Positions 57,004 through 64,000 of a stretch of DNA of 64,000 bases are shown piece by piece (position 1 is the stretch's first letter; every line of letters begins with the position of its first letter). The position numbers and the translations under genes were made by a program. The DNA comes from Eledone cirrhosa (lineage: Eukaryota). The notes under the pieces are model-generated. The model was not told the DNA's origin. It did not search any database and was given only the letters and a program-made list of their open reading frames with translations. Location of the stretch: positions 81,592,001 through 81,656,000 of the forward strand of contig OZ024744.1 of the NCBI GenBank assembly GCA_964016885.1, in the 5' to 3' direction.

Positions 57004-57380
57004 TCATACACACACATATATACATACACACATACATACACATACATACATATATACACACATGTGTATACACATATATATATACACATATATACATACA
57101 TACACACATATATATATATAAATAAATGTATGCTCACACATGTCCACACATACATACAAATACACATACGTACATAAACATTACCTACACACGTACATAC
57201 ACACACACACATATATACATATATATATATTTATATACATATATATATACATATATACACGCAAAAGAAAAGAGACAAAGTACATGCGTACGCACATCCA
57301 CACATATACATACAAATACCCACGCATATGCCGATATACATACATCTACACATGCATACGCATACATGTTTCCACATGCA

Positions 57381-58905
57381 ATAATAAAATCCGTAATAAT
57401 AAAATCCGTAATAATAAAATCCGTAATAATAAAATCCGTAATAATAAAATCCGCAATAATAAAATCCGTAATAATAAAATCCGTAAAAATAAAATCCGTA
57501 ATAATAAAATCCGCAATAATAAAATCCGCAATAATAAAATCCGTAATAATAAAATCCGCAATAATAAAATCCGTAATAATAAAATCCGTAATAATAAAAT
57601 CCGCAATAATAAAATCCGCAATAATAAAATCCGTAATAATAAAATCCGTAATAATAAAATCCGCAATAATAAAATCCGTAATAATAAAATCCGCAATAAT
57701 AAAATCCGTAATAATAAAATTCGCAATAATAAAATCCGTAATAATAAAATCCGTAATAATAAAATCCGCAATAATAAAATCCGTAATAATAAAATCCGCA
57801 ATAATAAAATCCGTAACAATAAAATCCGCAATAATAAAATCCGCAATAATAAAATCCGTAATAATAAAATCCGCAATAATAAAATCCGTAATAATAAAAT
57901 CTGTAATAATAAAATCCGCAATAATAAAATCCGCAATAATAAAATCCGCAATAATAAAATCCGTAATAATAAAATCCGCAATAATAAAATCCGCAATAAT
58001 AAAATCCGTAATAATAAAATCCGTAATAATGAAATCCGCAATAATAAAATCCGCAATAATAAAATCCGTAATAATAAAATCCGCAATAATAAAATCCGTA
58101 ATAATAAAATCCGCAATAATAAAATCCGTAATAATAAAATCCGCAATAATAAAATCCGTAATAATAAAATCCGCAATAATAAAATCCGTAATAATAAAAT
58201 CCGCAATAATAAAATCCGTAATAATAAAATCCGCAATAATAAAATCCGTAATAATAAAATCCGCAATAATAAAATCCGTAATAATAAAATCCGTAATAAT
58301 AAAATCCGTAATAATAAAATCCGTAATAATAAAATCCGTAATAATAAAAAGCATATATAGTCCATATATAATCATCCGCAATAATAAAATCCGTAATAAT
58401 AAAATCTGTAATAATAAAATCCGCAATAATAAAATCCGCAATAATAAAATCCGCAATAATAAAATCCGTAATAATAAAATCCGTAATAATAAAATCCGCA
58501 ATAATAAAATCCGTAATAATAAAATCCGTAATAATAAAATCCGTAATAATAAAATCCGCAATAATAAAATCCGTAATAATAAAATCCGTAATAATAAAAT
58601 CCGCAATAATAAAATCCGTAATAATAAAATCCGCAATAATAAAATCCGTAATAATAAAATCCGTAATAATAAAATCCGTAATAATAAAATCCGCAATAAT
58701 AAAATCCGTAATAATAAAATCCGTAATAATAAAATCCGCAATAATAAAATCCGTAATAATAAAATCCGTAATAATAAAATCCGTAATAATAAAATCCGCA
58801 ATAATAAAATCCGCAATAATAAAATCCGTAATAATAAAATCCGTAATAATAAAATCCGTAATAATAAAATCCGCAATAATAAAATCCGTAATAATAAAAT
58901 CCGTA
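57381..58905. repeat. 15-bp satellite (ATAATAAAATCCGYA)n: 64 + 35 monomers split by one 40-bp variant
   Basis: Strict 15-bp periodicity at 57381-58340 and 58381-58905; the variant unit is at 58341-58380. Confidence 0.97.
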
Positions 58906-59063
58906 ATAATAAAAAGCATATATAGTCCATATATAATCATCCGCACACATTCCTATGAGATGCATATAAACACATACTTGTATGCACAAATACATATACA
59001 CACATATAGAGGCCCGCATATGCATGCACCTGCACCCACATACATATTGATATATATACACAT

Positions 59064-59096
<33 letters not shown>

Positions 59097-60013
59097 CGAA
59101 CACTTACCCACTCACACACACACATACCTACTCATACTTATACGTGGCTATACGTACATACACACACATACATATATAAACATATATATATATATATACT
59201 CAGATATAGACACACATATACACATACACACACATACACCCACATTCCGCCACATATGTATATACATGCACATATTTGCACATACAGGCGCGTATAAGCT
59301 CATGCACACACGCACCCATGCCCATACACACACCCCAGTACCCACCCACGTATATATATATATACATATTACGTATCTACACACACACACACATCACATA
59401 TACCCACACACATGTCCACACATAAAAACAAGTGAATATAAACACAATATGATAATAAAATAAAATAAATAAATAAATTTACAATATTTTAGGGTACATT
59501 AAAATCTGTATGTAACTGCATAAATAGGTACAAGAAAAGGACGGGTAAAATAAAGGAACGGGTAAAAAAACACAAAAAAACGGGGGGGGGGGGGGGGGGG
59601 GGGAGGAGGGGAGGTACAGCAGAAGGTGCGTGCGTCCATGCCATATACTATACACAGGTATTATGAGATGCAAACTTGTGTCCGTGTATAGAACAGGTAA
59701 CAGCACAATGATAGAACAATCACTGTTCCAAAGTGGAACAGGTGTAGAGTATATAGTCACGATTGACGGGGGTAGACATTCAATGTGACGCCCGTCACGG
59801 TCGCCACGGGTATGGCACCGTGGCTGGGGTGTGCTGTTCTATACGTTTAGTGCACAGGACCGGGCGGCAGTGGGCCCCTTGTCAGCCGGTCCCGACCCAT
59901 GCGGTGTATCTTCCAATGGTGTGTGCCCGGTCACGTGCACACCTGGTTTACATATGATTGCCCCATGGGTCGGACACCGTCATCATGGCATGGCGTCAGG
60001 TCCCCTAATCCCG

Positions 60014-60460
60014 CTAGGCCAATCGGGTCTGTGCGTACTCATTCCCATGCCCCCTGGCTGCGTCACCCGGCGGATTCCATGCTACAAATGTGCATCTTCT
60101 CTGGCGTCTGCATGTCATGATAATTTCAGACTTCAGGTTGACGGCGTCATCCTTCAGTCTGACTATCTCCATGGCCTCGTGTAGGCACAATCGGCACTTT
60201 CTACTTCCGGCCGAATATGCCCTCGCGTGGCGAACGATACTCCATTCCAGGGCGTATGGAGTGCCGTGGTCTTTCATGTCCCACACGAGGTCCGCTAACC
60301 TAGTGGAGTGCCTTTTGCTACGGTCCCTGAAGGAATTCGTGTGATTATACATCCGTGATTTAAAGGTCGTGGATGTTGCGCCGATGTAAGTTCGATGCGC
60401 ATTTTGGGTTGTAACCACACACTTGTGTATTAAGTCTTTCATTAAACATTTTCTCTGTAG
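60014..60460 (-). pseudogene. PLE C-terminal GIY-YIG endonuclease fragment
   Basis: KCLMKDLIHKCVV...TYIGATSTTFKSRMYNHTNSF...LEWSIV...CRLCLHE...NLKSEIIMTCR; same domain type as 26580-27200. Confidence 0.88.
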
Positions 60461-61887
60461 GTGGACTGGGTGCCCGCTCTACAGGGAACCTACATCGCCG
60501 TCAACTTGAAGTCTGAAATTATCATGACATGCAGACACCAGAGAAGATGCACATTTGCAGCATGGAATCCGCCGGGTGACACAGGTAGAGGGCATGGGAA
60601 TGAGTACGCAGAGACCCGATTGGCCTAGTGGCATTAGGGGACCTGACGCCATGCCATGATGACGGTGTCCGACCCGTGGGGCAATCATATGTAAACCAGG
60701 TGCGCACGTGACCGGGCACACAACATTGGAAGATACACCGCATGGGCCGGGACCGGCTGACACGGGGCCCACTGCCGCCCGGTCCTGTGCACTAAACGTA
60801 TAGAACAGCACACCCCAGCCACGGTGCCATGCCCCATGGAGACCGTGACGGGCGTCACATTGAATGTATACCCCGTCAATCGTGACTATATACTCTACAC
60901 CTGTTCCACTTTGGAACAGTGATTGTTCTATCATTGTGCTGTTACCTGTTCTATACACGGACACAAGTTTGCATCTCATAATACCTGTGTATAGTATATC
61001 GCATGGACGCACACACCTCTCCTGTACCTCCCCCCTGTTTTTTATTTTTTATTTTACCCGTTCCTTTATTTTACCCGTCTATTTCTTGTACCTATTTATG
61101 CAGTTACTTACAGATTTTAATGTACCCCAAAATATTGTAAATTTATTTATTTATTTTATTTTATTATCATATTGTATTTATGTTCACTTGTTTTTATGTG
61201 TGGACATGTGTGTGGGTATATGTGATGTGTGTGTGTGTGTGTAGATGCATATGTATGTATATATATAATACGTGGGGTGGTGGTGGTGCTGGGGGGTGTA
61301 TGCTGGGGGTGCGGTGGGGCGTGTATGGGCATGGGTGCGTGTGTGCATGAGCTTATATGCGCCTGTATGTGCAGACATGTGCATGTATATACATATGTGG
61401 CGGAATGTGGGTGTATGTGTGTGTGTGTATGTGTATATGTGTGTCTATATATGAGTATATATATATATATATATCTATATCTATATCTATGTCTATATAT
61501 GTATGTGTGAGTATGTACGTATAGCCACGCATAAGTATGAGTAGGTGTGTGTGTGTGTGGGTGGGTAAGTGTTCGTATATATATATATGTGTGTGTGTGT
61601 GTATGTGTATATATATATATGGATATGTATGTGGGTGCAGGTGCATGCATATGCGGGCCTCTATATGTGTGTATATGTATTTGTGCATACAAGTATGTGT
61701 TTATATGCATCTCATAGGAATGTGTGCGGATGATTATATATGGACTATATATGCTTTTTATTATTACTATTATTTTTTTTGATTATTACTATTATTCTTG
61801 TTGTTATATTTTATCACATATCTTTTATATATATCCGTATATATCCATATATGTATGTATGTATGCGTCTGTATACGTGTGTGTGTG

Positions 61888-61935
<48 letters not shown>

Positions 61936-61937
61936 GA

Positions 61938-61993
<56 letters not shown>

Positions 61994-62503
61994 TATTGTA
62001 TATATTTTTATATATTTTTTATGTTACGGTAATTTACCCTTATTTTATGGTATACTGTTTTTATTGCATAATGTATTTTTTAACTGTTCACTTACAGGTG
62101 TGTTTATATATGTATATGTGGAAGCACATGTGTGAGAAGGCAGATATGCATGCGTGCAGGTGTATGCATGTGGCAACATGTATGCGTATGCATGTGTAGA
62201 TGTATGTATATCGGCATATGCGTGGGTATTTGTATGTATATGTGTGGATGTGCGTACGCATGTTAAGTTGTCTCTTTTCTTTTGTGTGTATATATGTATA
62301 TATATATATATATAAATATATATATGTATACGTGTGTGTGTGTATGTACGTGTGTAGGTAATGTTTATGTACGTATGTGTATTTGTATGTTATAGTGGAG
62401 ATGTGTGAGTATACATTTATTTATATATATATATGTGTATACACATGTGTGTATATATGTATGTATGCGTATGATGTGTGTATGTATATATGTGTGTGTA
62501 TGA

Positions 62504-62583
<80 letters not shown>

Positions 62584-63744
62584 GTATAGAAGGTTGGGCG
62601 TATGTATATGTGCGCGCGTATGTATGTATATATGTGTATGTTTGAGTAGGATATGCTTATCCCAATTGATACAGGGCGCGAAGTAAGCAGCCGTCAGAAG
62701 GCTTGTGGCGATAGGTATCAACAAGTGGGTGTGAATGGGTCCGTGGAAGTGAGGGAGAGAGGGTGTGTGAGTATATATACTTCGATGTATGTATGTGGGG
62801 GTGTGTGTGTCTGCGCATGTAGGCGTACGTGTGTGAATGCATAGATAGGTAGGTGTCTGCATGTGTGTGTGTTTATGTGTGTATTTTAGAATGTGTGAGT
62901 GCTTACTCTGAAATGTGAGCAGACGTGTGAAGTACTGAACTCAGCATGACTCCATTGAAATGAGTCGGACGGAAAATGGTTGATGAACCGTGTGGCAGCA
63001 GATACTGACCAGAACTTGTGATGACGTGGAGTAAAAACAGCCAATGGCGTGACAAGAGTGGAAATAGGGTTTTTTGAGGATGTTTTTTGATGATAACACC
63101 CTAGTGATAAAATTTGCTCCGGACGAAACACCCGTATACTGAAAGAACCCGCAGCAGTAGAATCAGCCAGAGCCACACAAGGACCATGACTCGAGCTACA
63201 TGCCGGCGAAACATTTGTAACACGAAATAAACTAAGTCCAGATGCATCACTGATTTTTCGTTTTCTTTATAATATCTACACTCTACTCTGATGAATATCG
63301 AGTTCTAATTTTGGCATACCGCCTACGGAAGCACCATAGCTACCACTATACACAACTCTCTCTCTCTATATATATATATACATATATATATACATATATG
63401 TTTGTATGAATGTATGTACAGGTACACATTTAAAGGGAAAATACTACTCATCTATTAAATTGAGTAATTTCCCTTTAAATATTTATAAATTCTTTCTAAC
63501 ATTTGCACAAGGCTAACAATCTGGTGAAACAGGAAAGTCGATTATAATCGACAGAACTTTACTGCTATTTTTTTTATCGATCCCGAAATGATGGAAGGCA
63601 AAGATGACCCAGGTGGCATTTGTACTGAGAACATATAAAGTCGTTAAATGCCGTAAAGCATTTTGTTCTTGTTCCACCGATTCTGCCACCCCACTCCGTT
63701 TAAATATTGATCAATAACAAAAAGAGAAAGTAAGGACACATTGA

Positions 63745-64000
63745 ATATCGTATTTCAAGGAATATACCTAAAACGATGGGGAAAATAATCACTGATACCC
63801 CTTAGATCAAATGCTCAAAGGTTTGCTCCCAGATCCAAGGGTAGCTCCCCCGACTCCCCACCGAGCAAGATGGTTGGATAACATCCATGAGCTTGACTGG
63901 TCTCGTTTGGGGATCCAGCTGGATCAGTTGGAGACGGTTGCTTCTGACAGAACCCACTGGAAGGAGTGTTTGAAGACTCTTCCCCCACGACCTTCTCAGG
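63745..64000 (+). mobile_element. RTE-like LINE 3' fragment
   Basis: R.RWLDNIHELDWSRLGIQLDQLETVASDRTHWK-type C-terminal motif. Confidence 0.5.

Larger units (their letters stand above)
56248..63275. mobile_element. PLE-derived giant inverted repeat (arms ~56248-60146 and ~60496-63275)
   Basis: The arms are colinear reverse complements with scattered substitutions. The ~350-bp spacer encodes most of a GIY-YIG domain. Confidence 0.88.

Noticed and set aside
57381-58905. CRISPR-like array or information-encoding binary repeat
   Set aside because: There are no unique spacers and no cas genes, and the context is eukaryotic. The T/C variation fits ordinary satellite turnover.
57126-59103. Long ORFs (599, 581, 571 and 406 aa) with IIKSV, RILLL or GFYYY repeats
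   Set aside because: They are translations of a 15-bp satellite that is stop-free in most frames, flanked by microsatellite; there is no coding signal.
59763-61012. GC-rich ORFs as host genes
   Set aside because: They lie in mirrored PLE 3' UTR arms, and the frames are not conserved between the two arms.
63120-63350. Additional hammerheads (gacgaaac..gta motifs; ctgatga at ~63288; also ~11467, ~31127, ~35925 and ~38830)
   Set aside because: A complete core with paired stems I and II could not be assembled; at best these are decayed remnants.

Overview
AT-rich, microsatellite-dense animal genomic DNA. The SINE/LINE repertoire (MetaSINE-type and CORE-type SINEs, PHD-bearing RTE LINEs) suggests an octopus or other coleoid cephalopod; this is an inference. 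One host gene is recognisable: two minus-strand coding exons (10369-10683 and <1-62) that splice in frame to give a male-enhanced antigen 1 (MEA1)-like protein across a ~10.3 kb TE-filled intron. Most of the rest is transposon-derived: RTE, Tx1/L1, CRE and R4/Dong-like non-LTR fragments, nested hAT, piggyBac and Tc1/pogo MITEs, probable Helitron pieces, and at least five Penelope-like (GIY-YIG) insertions with inverted pseudo-LTRs. The most notable features are: (i) several hand-foldable type I hammerhead ribozymes, including a non-coding ~556-nt retrozyme-like unit at 54.8-55.6 kb; (ii) a ~7 kb PLE-derived palindrome at 56.2-63.3 kb, in one arm of which a 15-bp satellite arose from a traceable 40-bp seed; (iii) a non-autonomous, apparently bipartite RTE derivative stacked four times in (ATGT)n beside its zinc-finger-bearing putative partner LINE. 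Most ORFs in the supplied track are microsatellite artefacts. All coordinates were read by eye, so TE boundaries are approximate.
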